Shown: positions 19,618 through 30,037 of the stretch, piece by piece
Layout: the number at the start of each line of letters is the position of its first letter
Numbering within the stretch: position 1 is the stretch's first letter
From: Prochlorococcus sp. AG-673-M19
GTDB lineage: Bacteria; Cyanobacteriota; Cyanobacteriia; PCC-6307; Cyanobiaceae
Reading direction: 5' to 3'
Assembly (NCBI GenBank): GCA_003211115.1
Contig: QCTP01000002.1
Span: 398 to 64,397 of the forward strand
DNA: 64,000 nucleotides
Notes under the pieces: generated by a model
Database searches by the model: none
Told to the model about the DNA's origin: nothing
What the model saw: only the letters and a program-made list of their open reading frames with translations
Translations under genes and position numbers: made by a program

Positions 19618-19800
19618 TTAAGCCGCCTCTAAATCAATACGAAGTTCTCTTCCCTTGTAGATTATTGCTTCTTTGAAATTAATTAGTTTTTTAATCCTTT
19701 CTTGTCTTTCCTTATCAGTTATGTAAACATCCTCAATAACTTCTTGTATTGCTAGAGTAACTTTCTGAAGCTGAAACTCTAAGTCCTCTCGATGGTTCAT
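19618..19800 (-). CDS. Small coiled-coil hypothetical protein
   Basis: 60 aa ORF divergent from the DUF1651 gene. Confidence 0.65.
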   Translation of the reverse strand: MNHREDLEFQLQKVTLAIQEVIEDVYITDKERQERIKKLINFKEAIIYKGRELRIDLEAA

Positions 19801-19873
19801 TGAACAATATATTAGTTTATTAATTAAAATAGATATTTTTAAATTGTAAATAAGTACTTAACCCATAAAACTG

Positions 19874-19920
19874 TTGACATCAAAGTAAAAAGAATATATA
19901 AATAATAGTACTGATGTATT
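19874..19920 (+). promoter_or_regulatory. Sigma70 promoter with a LexA-like box
   Basis: TTGACA (19874)-17 bp-TATAAA (19897); AGTACTGATGTATT at 19907-19920. Confidence 0.65.
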
Positions 19921-19929
19921 ATCTACTTA

Positions 19930-20220
19930 ATGACACTTGGAGGAGCTAATGTTTGGTCTATTTTTTCTTATGGCAGTAGTATTGATTCGCCCAACGGCTG
20001 CCTTCTTAACGCTGAAGGGAGTAGGCTAATCTTCTTCGATAGATGCACAAAATCTCCAAAGAACAATCCTAAGATCTTTACCCATCTATTTTATACAAAT
20101 CACCTAGGAGAGCCGGCAGGTCTAAAATCTACCAGAAAAATCCGACTAGACGAGGCCTGGGAAAAATGGAATGAGCTACAAGTGCAAGGTTGGACGGAAG
20201 TATCATACAATTTTGGATAG
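19930..20220 (+). CDS. DUF1651-like protein
   Basis: LKSTRKIRLDEAWEKWNELQVQGWTEV motif. Confidence 0.8.
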   Translation: MTLGGANVWSIFSYGSSIDSPNGCLLNAEGSRLIFFDRCTKSPKNNPKIFTHLFYTNHLGEPAGLKSTRKIRLDEAWEKWNELQVQGWTEVSYNFG

Positions 20221-20491
20221 CAAGAATAACTCTAAAAGTTATTAAATAACCCTCTTCAGAAAAAAAGATTTACCGTAATCAATAAAAGACATCTCAATAT
20301 AAATTCTTTATCAAGAAAGATTTAGGAATTATGGGTAGTAGACCCTCAAAAAATAATTCAACCAAAGTATCAATATCAATACAAAAGTAACAAAATAGTC
20401 TACTTATATAACAGTTATGTATCATTTATGTGACTTTATATACGAAAATTGGTAATTATTGTCTATTTACTTTACATTGGTTAATACTTGT

Positions 20492-20509
20492 GTTACATTT
20501 ATTAACAAT
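20492..20509 (+). promoter_or_regulatory. HLR1 (RpaB-binding) direct repeat upstream of the hli cluster
   Basis: GTTACATT-TA-TTAACAAT; another TTTACATT half-site lies just upstream. Confidence 0.6.
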
Positions 20510-20522
20510 TACATAACTAGCA

Positions 20523-20729
20523 ATGGCTAATTCACAAGTAACTACAGAATCAGGCGGAAGACAGAACATGTTTCCTGCTGAAACTCGTCCATATATTGAT
20601 GAGTCTGTCTCATATGACGGTTATCCTCAAAATGCTGAGAAAATTAACGGTCGTTGGGCGATGATCGGTTTCGTTGCATTACTAGGTGCATATGTAACAA
20701 CAGGTCAGATCATTCCTGGAATCTTCTAA
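20523..20729 (+). CDS. hli: High-light-inducible protein
   Basis: AEKINGRWAMIGF...TGQIIPGIF. Confidence 0.96.
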   Translation: MANSQVTTESGGRQNMFPAETRPYIDESVSYDGYPQNAEKINGRWAMIGFVALLGAYVTTGQIIPGIF

Positions 20730-20894
20730 AAATGGAACCACTTTCTCCTGAACTCTACAATAAGCTGCTTAAAGCATATGAGTCCACTAAGTGAATTTCT
20801 ATTTTTGGTAATTTCTTTCACGGTAACAATTATCTTTTATACCAATAAGCAATTACAAGACTTCAAAAACTAACTAAATTTATCAAACAAAAAA

Positions 20895-21041
20895 ATGACT
20901 GAAACAAACACCAAAACAAAAACAATCGAAAAAGAAAAAGTTGTTGCAGAAACACTTAACGGAAGATTTGCAATGATTGGACTTATAGCTGCAATAGGTG
21001 CATATCTAACTACTGGACAAATAATTCCAGGTTTCGTTTAA
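20895..21041 (+). CDS. hli: High-light-inducible protein (48 aa)
   Basis: Manual translation: ...AETLNGRFAMIGLIAAIGAYLTTGQIIPGFV. Confidence 0.95.
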   Translation: MTETNTKTKTIEKEKVVAETLNGRFAMIGLIAAIGAYLTTGQIIPGFV

Positions 21042-21071
21042 AACCTAATTCAAACAATCACTACAAATCAA

Positions 21072-21200
21072 ATGGAAAACTCAAAACCTAACTACTGGCA
21101 AAATGCAGAAAGAACTAATGGAAGGATGGCAATGATGGGCTTCTTCGCACTAGTTGTAAATTATGGCTTATTTGGCTGGATAATACCAGGAATTTTTTAA
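21072..21200 (+). CDS. hli: High-light-inducible protein (42 aa)
   Basis: MENSKPNYWQNAERTNGRMAMMGFFALVVNYGLFGWIIPGIF. Confidence 0.95.
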   Translation: MENSKPNYWQNAERTNGRMAMMGFFALVVNYGLFGWIIPGIF

Positions 21201-21201
21201 G

Positions 21202-21291
21202 ATGAACTTAGATATTTTCCTCATTTCTTTCTTTGCTTATTTATTAGTACCAGTACTAATGATCGCAAAAGGTAAAAAGGCAGTTAACTAA
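21202..21291 (+). CDS. Small hydrophobic peptide (29 aa)
   Basis: MNLDIFLISFFAYLLVPVLMIAKGKKAVN, tightly packed in the hli cluster. Confidence 0.5.
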   Translation: MNLDIFLISFFAYLLVPVLMIAKGKKAVN

Positions 21292-21295
21292 AAAA

Positions 21296-21475
21296 ATGAA
21301 CTTAGGCTTACTCTTTCTTAAAGTTAATACGACTGGAGTAATAACTTTAGCTGAACTTGATTGGATAACTAATAACCAGTCACAATTCTCGAGATTAGAC
21401 ATGTCATTAGTTATTAAAATTGGACGTCAAATGGATTCAGGAGTTATAGAAATAGATAATAGATTGCCAGTTTAA
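21296..21475 (+). CDS. Small hypothetical protein (59 aa)
   Basis: MNLGLLFLKVNTTGVITLAELDWIT...FSRLDMSLVIKIGRQMDSG; last gene before the terminator. Confidence 0.7.
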   Translation: MNLGLLFLKVNTTGVITLAELDWITNNQSQFSRLDMSLVIKIGRQMDSGVIEIDNRLPV

Positions 21476-21502
21476 TTGGCTCGTATTTAATTCAATCGTC
21501 AT

Positions 21503-21540
21503 GAGTGTTTGCCAATAGGGATACTGGTAAACACTTTTTT
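21503..21540 (+). terminator. Intrinsic terminator of the hli cluster
   Basis: AGTGTTTGCCA...TGGTAAACACT followed by a T-tract. Confidence 0.75.
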
Positions 21541-21696
21541 GTTTGATTAAAAAAGTTATTAATAAAAAAAAAGAGATCATTTTTTAGCTATAAACGATCT
21601 CTCCTTACCTAATTCTCACAAGAATAAATTCAAGTAAGCTTACAAAGCTTAAATTATTTTGACTAAGTGTAAATCAGTAAATATGCCGATTTAGTT

Positions 21697-21912
21697 CTAC
21701 CTTTTTAATCCACCTCTCTTAATCCATAGAAACCAAGTCACCCAAATGGGAGGAAGAAACTTTATTAAGGATCCGATCTTATATATGTAAAAAGGTGCAT
21801 CATCAACAATAAAAAAATTAATGGCAACTGATGATAACGATACCCAAATTACAATAATTAAAATATTTGCTCCCAATAAAGCGAACTTATTTTGCTTAAA
21901 TATTTTTGGCAT
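21697..21912 (-). CDS. Small membrane protein
   Basis: 71 aa, two TM helices. Confidence 0.55.
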   Translation of the reverse strand: MPKIFKQNKFALLGANILIIVIWVSLSSVAINFFIVDDAPFYIYKIGSLIKFLPPIWVTWFLWIKRGGLKR

Positions 21913-21969
21913 AAATTAAAGAAACATAATACTGATATTAAATCGGCATTCTTATGGAAAGATATTTTT

Positions 21970-22221
21970 TCAAAAAAACTTCAAATTTAAAACCCATATC
22001 CAAAGAAATAATATACTAAATCTTAATCCATCGCCTAATAAAATTCCAAAAATAAAAGGTGGGAAAAAGTATATCGATAAAATTGAAAGTAAGCTAAAAA
22101 GAGCAAAAGAAACTCTAAGAAAAATACTTTTTTTTCGTTTCCTTCTTAACTCTTTTAATACATGCCACTCCCATTTAATTAAGGTATAAAACTTTTCAGA
22201 AAGTAAAAATAAATATTTCAT
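21970..22221 (-). CDS. Small membrane protein
   Basis: 83 aa, hydrophobic. Confidence 0.5.
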   Translation of the reverse strand: MKYLFLLSEKFYTLIKWEWHVLKELRRKRKKSIFLRVSFALFSLLSILSIYFFPPFIFGILLGDGLRFSILFLWIWVLNLKFF

Positions 22222-22455
22222 AACTAATTATTTTTATTAGTAATTGACCCTTTAAACTCAATTTTTCTAGCAAGTCTATTCAAACCAGACCAAGTTGTAA
22301 ATCTTATTTTTTGCTGCTTTTAAAATTTCTTTCTTTCCTCTTGCTGTTAATTTATATTTCTTTAATAATTTCCCTAAGGTTTTTGAATTTATAGAACTAG
22401 AACTTTTCACTTTTTATTCCTAGGTTTTTAATATTTATAAATTTAATTTCTGATA

Positions 22456-22758
22456 TTAGCAATAAACTTTAGTCCCTTTCTCAGAAAGATAGTAAATCCT
22501 ATCTTCGGAACTTATAAAAAAAGTTAATCCTTTATATTGAGACCTGCCAAATTTGTTTAATCTAATTTTATGTAAATCCCAATTTTTAGTATTAATATCA
22601 GGATTATATTCATGCTCATTGGCAGTATGTATTAACTGTGAAAAGCCACTTGTTTTTGTTGGTCGATTATATGGCTTCTTATAAAAAAATAGAAAAAATA
22701 TAAAAATAAATAATATCAAAAGAGTAAAAAAAACTAATAGTAAGCTTGGCATTATCAA
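22456..22758 (-). CDS. Hypothetical protein with N-terminal TM
   Basis: 100 aa, C-terminal RIYYLSEKGTKVYC. Confidence 0.7.
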   Translation of the reverse strand: MIMPSLLLVFFTLLILFIFIFFLFFYKKPYNRPTKTSGFSQLIHTANEHEYNPDINTKNWDLHKIRLNKFGRSQYKGLTFFISSEDRIYYLSEKGTKVYC

Positions 22759-22906
22759 ATATTAAAAAATTTTAAGAACTTACTTAAAGAATACAACTAT
22801 TATCTTTAAACAATAAGTAAAAATTCTTATTTTGGTATTCTTGTATTTTTGAATACCTACATAATATCCTCAAAAAACCGAAAATTGATTTAGGCGCAAT
22901 TTGAAT

Positions 22907-23050
22907 ATGACTCAAACATCAATGAACACTCCTTATGCTAAAAGAGTAGCTGAAAAATTTAAAGAAGCTCAAAATTATTTAAAAAACAATGGGTTTAGTA
23001 GATCAACAAAACATCTTTTAGAAGATATTGAAAATACAGTAGAGAAATAA
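22907..23050 (+). CDS. Small hypothetical protein (47 aa)
   Basis: MTQTSMNTPYAKRVAEKFKEAQNYLKNNGFSRSTKHLLEDIENTVEK. Confidence 0.5.
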   Translation: MTQTSMNTPYAKRVAEKFKEAQNYLKNNGFSRSTKHLLEDIENTVEK

Positions 23051-23222
23051 TGCCAATTCCTCCACATTTAACCCAGATGCAATATGGCTATGATGATGGA
23101 TTTACTACCATTGCATTCGGTTTGATTGAAAGTAGTTTGGGTTGTCTTTTTATCTTATTGATCTCTTTTATTAAGTTAAAAAGCAAAATACCAAGCCTTA
23201 ATTTTTAACAGATTTTCTTTGC

Positions 23223-24314
23223 TTAAACATTAAATAAAAATTCCATAACATCACCTTCATTTACTACATATTCCTTACCTTCACTTCTTAGTAAACCTTT
23301 ACTTTTAGCATTAACTATTGATCCTGAATCTATAAGATTTTGATATGAAATTGTTTGAGCTCTAATAAAACCTTTTTCAAAATCAGTATGTATTACTCCT
23401 GCTGCTTGTGGAGCAGTCATCCCATCTTTTATTGTCCAAGCTTTAGTTTCTTTTTCTCCAGTTGTAAAATAAGTTTTTAATCCTAATAATTTATAAGTAG
23501 ATTTTATCAAAGATTTTAATCCTCCTTCCTCTACGCCTAAACCCATTAGGTAATCTTTTTTATCCTCAGGCTCTAACTCTATTAATTCTGATTCAACTTG
23601 GGCTGAAATTTTTATACATTCTGTATTTTCAGAATTTGCAAAACCCTGTACTTTTAAAGAGAAATCATTACCTTCAGCTAAATCATTTTCATTTAAATTA
23701 GTGGCATAAACAATTGGTTTTGCAGTAAGAAAGCCCAATTGTTTAATCATTGCATTTTCTTTATAGCTTAAAGATATTGACCTAACCGAAAGACCTTTTT
23801 GTAACTCATCCTCAATTTTCTCTAATAAAGAATCTTCTAATGCCGCTTCTTTACTTGTTTTAACTTGTTTCTTAATTCTTTCTCTTCTTTTTTGAAGCTG
23901 AGATAAATCAGCCAAATTAAGCTCCAAATTAATAATCTCGATATCATCTAAAGGATCAATCTTTCCTGAAACATGAATTACCTCAGTATCTTCAAAACAT
24001 CTCACGACATGAACAATTGCATCAACTTCTCTAATATTGGAAAGGAATTTATTACCTAAACCTTCACCTTTACTTGCACCTTTAACAAGACCCGCAATAT
24101 CTACAAATTCAATTTTAGTAGGGATGATATTTTGACTAGAACTTAAAGTACCTAACTTTTGCAGCCTTTGATCAGGGACTGAAACTATACCTTTATTTGG
24201 TTCAATGGTACAAAAGGGAAAGTTTGCTGCTTGCGCTTTTGCATTTTCAACAAGTGCATTAAATAAAGTTGATTTCCCAACATTTGGTAATCCAATAATT
24301 CCGGCTTTTAACAT
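23223..24314 (-). CDS. ychF: Redox-regulated ATPase YchF
   Basis: [28 protein letters not shown] domain. Confidence 0.98.
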   Translation of the reverse strand: MLKAGIIGLPNVGKSTLFNALVENAKAQAANFPFCTIEPNKGIVSVPDQRLQKLGTLSSSQNIIPTKIEFVDIAGLVKGASKGEGLGNKFLSNIREVDAIVHVVRCFEDTEVIHVSGKIDPLDDIEIINLELNLADLSQLQKRRERIKKQVKTSKEAALEDSLLEKIEDELQKGLSVRSISLSYKENAMIKQLGFLTAKPIVYATNLNENDLAEGNDFSLKVQGFANSENTECIKISAQVESELIELEPEDKKDYLMGLGVEEGGLKSLIKSTYKLLGLKTYFTTGEKETKAWTIKDGMTAPQAAGVIHTDFEKGFIRAQTISYQNLIDSGSIVNAKSKGLLRSEGKEYVVNEGDVMEFLFNV

Positions 24315-24461
24315 TTGAAAAAATTTATAGATAAATTAGTCAATGAATCATCTTCTTGTAATATAGAGTTTACTTAACCAATCATGGATAAGTTAATCAT
24401 AATCGTTTCGATTATTCACTATAGTTTCTAAATATCCTTAATTGTTTGATAACAAAAAAAT

Positions 24462-25523
24462 ATGCTTAATTTAATAAAAAAGAATTTAAATATAAAAAGT
24501 GGAATTGCATTAATTGTCCTAGCTACTTTTTTTGTCTTTTTAAGTAATTCCTTTAAGAAAAACAAATCAAAAGATATTTCAGATTTTGTAGTTTCTGTTG
24601 AAAAAGGAATTCTTTCTGAATCAATTAACACTAGTGGAGAAGTAAAGGCTAGCAGAACAAGCAATATTGGCCCAAGAAAACAAGGCATAATAGAAGAAAT
24701 CAAAGTAGAGGAAGGTGATCTAGTAGAAAGAGATCAGATTTTAGCCACTCTCGATGATGAAGATTTTATCTACAAGCTTGAAGAACTCGAATTAAATTTC
24801 AAAAAACAAAAATCCGAATATTTAAGAAGAGAATTTTTGTATAAAGAGGGGGCAGTTAGCAAAGAGGATTATGAAAGCTATAAAAATAAATTCAATACAA
24901 GCGAAGCGAAATTTAGTGATGCAAAAGCTGAAAAAAATTTTTATTTAATAAAAGCTCCATACCCTGGGAAAATAACAGCTAAATATGCAGAGATAGGCTC
25001 ATACGTTACTCCTAGTTCAAATTTAAGTTCTGATTCGAAAGCTAAAAACTTTATTTTTGAATTATCAGACGGTATTGAAATTATTGCTAAAGTGCCAGAG
25101 AGTGATATTGGAAGGATAAAAATAGGTCAAGAAGCCTCTGTAAGGATAGAAGCTTATCCCTCAAATAAATATTATGCAATAGTAAAAAAAATAGCCGAAA
25201 GAGCAGTTAAAGATAATAATGTCACTTCATTTGAAGTAACGTTGAATTTTAAAGAAACTTCTAAGGAAATAAAAATAGGAATGACCGCTGATCTTGAATT
25301 TAAAGTCAATAGTAATGAAGAAAAAATTTTAGTTCCCACAGTTTCTATTGTCACGGAAAAAGGTGAAAAAGGTGTCTTGAAAGTAGATAAAGATAATGCT
25401 CCTAAATTTGAAAAAATAGAAATAGGTATTAGTAGCGGTAATAAAACTTCAATAATTGAAGGTTTAAGACCTGGAGAACAAATCTTTATTGACATTCCAC
25501 CTTGGGCTAATAAAAGAAAATGA
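24462..25523 (+). CDS. Efflux periplasmic adaptor (HlyD/RND membrane fusion protein)
   Basis: N-terminal TM, lipoyl-like VEEGDLV, coiled coil, IKAPYPG. Confidence 0.9.
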   Translation: MLNLIKKNLNIKSGIALIVLATFFVFLSNSFKKNKSKDISDFVVSVEKGILSESINTSGEVKASRTSNIGPRKQGIIEEIKVEEGDLVERDQILATLDDEDFIYKLEELELNFKKQKSEYLRREFLYKEGAVSKEDYESYKNKFNTSEAKFSDAKAEKNFYLIKAPYPGKITAKYAEIGSYVTPSSNLSSDSKAKNFIFELSDGIEIIAKVPESDIGRIKIGQEASVRIEAYPSNKYYAIVKKIAERAVKDNNVTSFEVTLNFKETSKEIKIGMTADLEFKVNSNEEKILVPTVSIVTEKGEKGVLKVDKDNAPKFEKIEIGISSGNKTSIIEGLRPGEQIFIDIPPWANKRK

Positions 25524-28450
25524 GTTTGAAATCCAAAGACTCAAAAAAACCAATTTTACTTTTAGTTGACGGCCATTCTCTCGCTTTTAGAAGCTTCTAT
25601 GCATTTAGCAAAGGAATAGATGGTGGATTAACAACTAAAGAAGGTTTTCCAACCAGCGTCACTTATGGATTCTTAAAAAGCCTTCTTGATAATTGTAAAA
25701 ATATAAGTGCTGAAGGTGTTTGCATCACCTTTGATACAGAGAAACCCACCTTCAGGCATGAATTAGATCCAAACTATAAAGCGAATAGAGATGTAGCGCC
25801 TGATGTTTTTTTTCAAGACATTGAACAATTAGAAATTATCTTAAAAGAAAGTCTTAATTTACCTATTTTTAAATCTCCTGGCTTCGAAGCTGATGATCTT
25901 TTAGGGACAATTGCTAATGATGCATCCTCAAAAGGTTGGTGTGTAAATATTCTTTCTGGGGATCGAGATTTATTTCAATTAGTTGATGATCAAAAAGATA
26001 TTTATGTTCTCTATATGGGCGGAGGTCCCTATGCTAAAAGTGGTAATCCAACTTTAATGAATGAAAATGGAGTGAAAGAAAAATTAGGAGTTTATCCAGA
26101 AAGAGTTGTTGATTTAAAGGCATTAACTGGCGATAGTTCTGACAATATTCCAGGAATAAAAGGAGTAGGACCAAAAACTGCAATTAATTTATTAAAAGAA
26201 AATGATACTTTAGACGGGATTTACAACACCTTGGAGGATATTCAACAAGATGGGGATAAAAAATATCAAGGATTTATAAAAGGTGCCGTAAGGGAAAAGC
26301 TAAAAAATGACAAATTCAATGCTTACCTTTCAAGAGATTTAGCAAAGATAAATATTGAAGTACCCCTTGTTTTAAGCAATGGATATGAACTCAATCAAAT
26401 AAATAAAGATTCCCTCTCCGAATCTCTTCAAAAACTTGAATTATCAACTTTGCTGAGGCAAGTCGATATTTTTAATTCAACATTTAGTAAAGGCGGTTTT
26501 AAAAAAAATAATGAGGACAAAAAAAATGAAAAAGAATTAAAAGTTTCATCATCAACTGATTTAGAAGAAACAGAAAATAAAATCCCAAACATCAAAGTTA
26601 ATATAGTTAATGATTTTGCAATGCTAGATAGCCTAATCAAAAAATTAGAGCTTACAAAGGATATCGTTGCCTTAGATACTGAGACAAATAGTTTAAATCC
26701 TCTAGATGCAGAACTTGTTGGAATAGGTTTTTGTCTTGGCGAAGATATTAATGATTTGTTTTATATACCCATTGCTCATCAATCACAAAAAAATGAGTTA
26801 AATCAATTAGCAATTGAAGATATATTTTCTAATTTAAGATCTTGGATAGAAAATCCAGAAAAGGAAAAAACTCTTCAAAATTGTAAATTTGATAGACAAA
26901 TATTTTATAACCATGGGCTAAATCTTAAAGGAGTTACTTTCGATACCCTCTTAGCAGACTACATTCTCAATAATCAGGAAAAGCATGGATTAAGTGAAAT
27001 TAGTTTTAGAGAATTTGGATTTAAGCCACCAACGTTTAAAGAAACAGTTGGGAAAAATAAAGATTTTTCATTTGTCGATATTAAAGAAGCAAGTATTTAC
27101 TGTGGTTATGATGTGTTTCTAACTTTCAAGATCGCTAAAATTTTTAAAGAAAGATTTAGTAATGAAAATAAGGATTTATTAAAGTTATTTAAAAAAATTG
27201 AATTACCTTTAGAGCCAGTCTTATCAGAAATGGAAATGAATGGTATCAGAATAGATATCCCTTACTTAAATGAACTTTCTGAAGAATTAAAAAGTACATT
27301 AGATAATATTGAGAAAAATGTTTTTAAAATAGCAGAGCAAGAGTTTAATTTATCTTCTCCAAAACAACTTGGTGAAATATTGTTCGAAAAGTTAAATCTT
27401 GACAAAAAAAAATCAAGGAAAACAAAAACAGGTTGGAGTACTGATGCCGTTGTTCTTGAAAGATTAGTCGAAGAACATGAGATAATTATCTTTCTAATAA
27501 AACATAGAACTCTTAGTAAACTTTTAAGTACATATATTGATGCTCTACCCAACCTAATTAGTAAAAAGACTGGAAGAGTTCATACTAATTTTAATCAAGC
27601 AGCCACGGCCACGGGGAGATTAAGCAGTAGTAATCCAAATCTTCAGAATATCCCTGTCAGAACAGAATTCAGTAGAAGAATAAGAAAAGCCTTCTTGCCA
27701 GAAAAAGGTTGGAAATTATTATCAGCAGATTATTCTCAAATTGAATTAAGAATATTAGCTCACCTAGCAAATGAAGAAATTCTTATAAATGCGTTCAAAA
27801 AAAATGATGATATTCACTCTTTAACAGCACGATTAATTTTTGAAAAGGAAGACATCAATTCTGACGAAAGGAGAGTTGGTAAAACAATTAATTTTGGAGT
27901 TATTTATGGAATGGGAATAAAAAAATTCGCGCGTTCTACGGGGGTAAGTGCGGCAGAAGCAAAAGAATTTCTAATTAAATATAAAGAAAGGTATGCCAAA
28001 ATTTTTAAATTTCTAGAACTCCAAGAGAGGCTTGCTCTCTCCAAAGGTTATGTAGAAACTATTTTTGGAAGAAAGAGAGAATTTAAATTTGATAAAAATG
28101 GACTTGGTAGATTAATAGGAAAAGATCCGGATGAAATTGATTTGCAAACAGCTAGAAAAGCTGGAATGGAGGCTCAGTCTTTAAGAGCTGCTGCGAATGC
28201 TCCTATTCAGGGATCTAGTGCTGACATTATTAAAATAGCCATGGTTCAATTAAACAATAAATTATTAGAAATGAATATTCCAGTTAAAATGCTTTTACAG
28301 GTTCATGATGAATTATTATTTGAGGTCCAACCAGATTTCTTAGATATCACAACTAAATTAGTAAAAGAAACTATGGAAGATTGTGTAAAATTAAAAGTCC
28401 CACTTCTAGTCGATATCGGAGTTGGAAATAATTGGATGGAAACCAAATAA
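25520..28450 (+). CDS. polA: DNA polymerase I
   Basis: 5'-exo DGHS, 3'-exo DTET, polymerase motifs DYSQIELR and QVHDEL. Confidence 0.98.
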   Translation: MSLKSKDSKKPILLLVDGHSLAFRSFYAFSKGIDGGLTTKEGFPTSVTYGFLKSLLDNCKNISAEGVCITFDTEKPTFRHELDPNYKANRDVAPDVFFQDIEQLEIILKESLNLPIFKSPGFEADDLLGTIANDASSKGWCVNILSGDRDLFQLVDDQKDIYVLYMGGGPYAKSGNPTLMNENGVKEKLGVYPERVVDLKALTGDSSDNIPGIKGVGPKTAINLLKENDTLDGIYNTLEDIQQDGDKKYQGFIKGAVREKLKNDKFNAYLSRDLAKINIEVPLVLSNGYELNQINKDSLSESLQKLELSTLLRQVDIFNSTFSKGGFKKNNEDKKNEKELKVSSSTDLEETENKIPNIKVNIVNDFAMLDSLIKKLELTKDIVALDTETNSLNPLDAELVGIGFCLGEDINDLFYIPIAHQSQKNELNQLAIEDIFSNLRSWIENPEKEKTLQNCKFDRQIFYNHGLNLKGVTFDTLLADYILNNQEKHGLSEISFREFGFKPPTFKETVGKNKDFSFVDIKEASIYCGYDVFLTFKIAKIFKERFSNENKDLLKLFKKIELPLEPVLSEMEMNGIRIDIPYLNELSEELKSTLDNIEKNVFKIAEQEFNLSSPKQLGEILFEKLNLDKKKSRKTKTGWSTDAVVLERLVEEHEIIIFLIKHRTLSKLLSTYIDALPNLISKKTGRVHTNFNQAATATGRLSSSNPNLQNIPVRTEFSRRIRKAFLPEKGWKLLSADYSQIELRILAHLANEEILINAFKKNDDIHSLTARLIFEKEDINSDERRVGKTINFGVIYGMGIKKFARSTGVSAAEAKEFLIKYKERYAKIFKFLELQERLALSKGYVETIFGRKREFKFDKNGLGRLIGKDPDEIDLQTARKAGMEAQSLRAAANAPIQGSSADIIKIAMVQLNNKLLEMNIPVKMLLQVHDELLFEVQPDFLDITTKLVKETMEDCVKLKVPLLVDIGVGNNWMETK

Positions 28451-28475
28451 TTTTCCAAGAAATACTTTTTTTAAT

Positions 28476-29954
28476 ATGATCAAGTTTTTTAATAGTCTAA
28501 GTAAAAATATTGAAGTCTTTAAACCAATAGATGACGTAGTAAAAATTTATTGTTGTGGCGTAACTGTTTATGATTTATGTCATCTCGGGCATGCAAGAAG
28601 TTATATATCATGGGATGTTCTTAGAAGGTTTCTAATTTACAGAAATTATAAAGTGAAGTTTGTCCAGAATTTTACTGATATCGACGACAAGATTTTAAAA
28701 AGGGCAAAAGAAGAACATAGTTCCATGCAGGAAGTTTCTCAAAAGAACATCATTGAATTTCATAAAGATATGGATGCATTAGGGATTCTGAGACCAGATA
28801 GCATGCCTACTGCTACCAACTCTATTCTAAGTATCGTTGAATTAATTAAAGTCTTAGAAAGCAAAGGATATGCGTATTCTGTTGACGGAGACGTTTATTA
28901 TTCGGTACTTAAAAATAAAAATTATGGACAACTAAGTAATCAAAACATTCAAGAACAAAACGTTAATCAGCAGGGAAGAATCTCTTTTAGTGAAAAAAAC
29001 AAAAAAGTGGCTCCTCAAGATTTTGCTCTTTGGAAAAAAGCTAAAGAGAATGAACCATCTTTTAAATCGCCATGGGGTGAAGGGAGACCTGGATGGCATA
29101 TTGAATGTTCTGCGATGGTAAAAGATGAATTAGGAGACACAATTGATATCCATTTAGGTGGATCTGACCTAATCTTTCCTCACCATGAAAATGAGATCGC
29201 ACAATCTGAATCAGCTAATAATAAAAAGCTTGCTAATTATTGGCTTCACAATGGCATGGTCAATGTTAACGGACAGAAGATGAGTAAATCCTTGAAAAAC
29301 TTTACTACCATAAGAGACTTATTAGATTCAGGGACAAGTCCTATGACTTTAAGATATTTTGTTTTAACCGTAAACTATAGGAAGCCCCTAGATTTCACTG
29401 ATGAGGCTTTGAGAAGTGCCTCCGAAGCATGGAAAAATATTAATATTGCACTTTCTTTTTTTGATATTACAAAAAAAGGAAAACTATCCATCGAGATAAA
29501 TGAAAATAACGAATTTGTTGAAGAAAAATATAAAGAAACAATCAATTATGAAATATCTCAAAAAAGGATAAAGTTTATTAATGCTTTAAATAACGACCTC
29601 AATACAGCAGGAGCCATAGCAATAATTTATGAATTAGCTAAACCACTAAAAAACTTTATAAATCAATTCCAAAGAGTTAAAAACCTCGAAATAAATACTA
29701 ATGAGAAATTTTATCTTGGCGAAACCTTAAAAGCACTTGAAGAACTGACAGAAGTGCTTGGATTAAAAAAAGAGGTAATAATAAAAGAAAACAAAATCAA
29801 CGAAGATCAAATACTATCACTTATTAATAAAAGACTAATTGCAAAAAAGGAGAGAGATTATGTAGAAGCCGATAAAATAAGAAATTCATTAAAGGAAAAA
29901 GGAATAGAACTAATAGATCAATCGCCTGAAATAACAACTTGGGTTAGGATCTAA
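28476..29954 (+). CDS. cysS: Cysteine-tRNA ligase
   Basis: CGVTVY, HLGH, GRPGWHIEC, KMSKS; ATG at 28476 preferred. Confidence 0.97.
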   Translation: MIKFFNSLSKNIEVFKPIDDVVKIYCCGVTVYDLCHLGHARSYISWDVLRRFLIYRNYKVKFVQNFTDIDDKILKRAKEEHSSMQEVSQKNIIEFHKDMDALGILRPDSMPTATNSILSIVELIKVLESKGYAYSVDGDVYYSVLKNKNYGQLSNQNIQEQNVNQQGRISFSEKNKKVAPQDFALWKKAKENEPSFKSPWGEGRPGWHIECSAMVKDELGDTIDIHLGGSDLIFPHHENEIAQSESANNKKLANYWLHNGMVNVNGQKMSKSLKNFTTIRDLLDSGTSPMTLRYFVLTVNYRKPLDFTDEALRSASEAWKNINIALSFFDITKKGKLSIEINENNEFVEEKYKETINYEISQKRIKFINALNNDLNTAGAIAIIYELAKPLKNFINQFQRVKNLEINTNEKFYLGETLKALEELTEVLGLKKEVIIKENKINEDQILSLINKRLIAKKERDYVEADKIRNSLKEKGIELIDQSPEITTWVRI

Positions 29955-30037
29955 ATTTTAAGAAAAAACCCAATTTAAAATTTTTATTTTTTAAATTCAC
30001 CTTTAACGTGGGAAAATATTATAAATATTAGAGAAAA

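Noticed and set aside
21565-21650. Possible sRNA ending in the GAGATC hairpin (minus strand)
   Set aside because: Adequately explained as the terminator of 21697-21912; no known motif recognised
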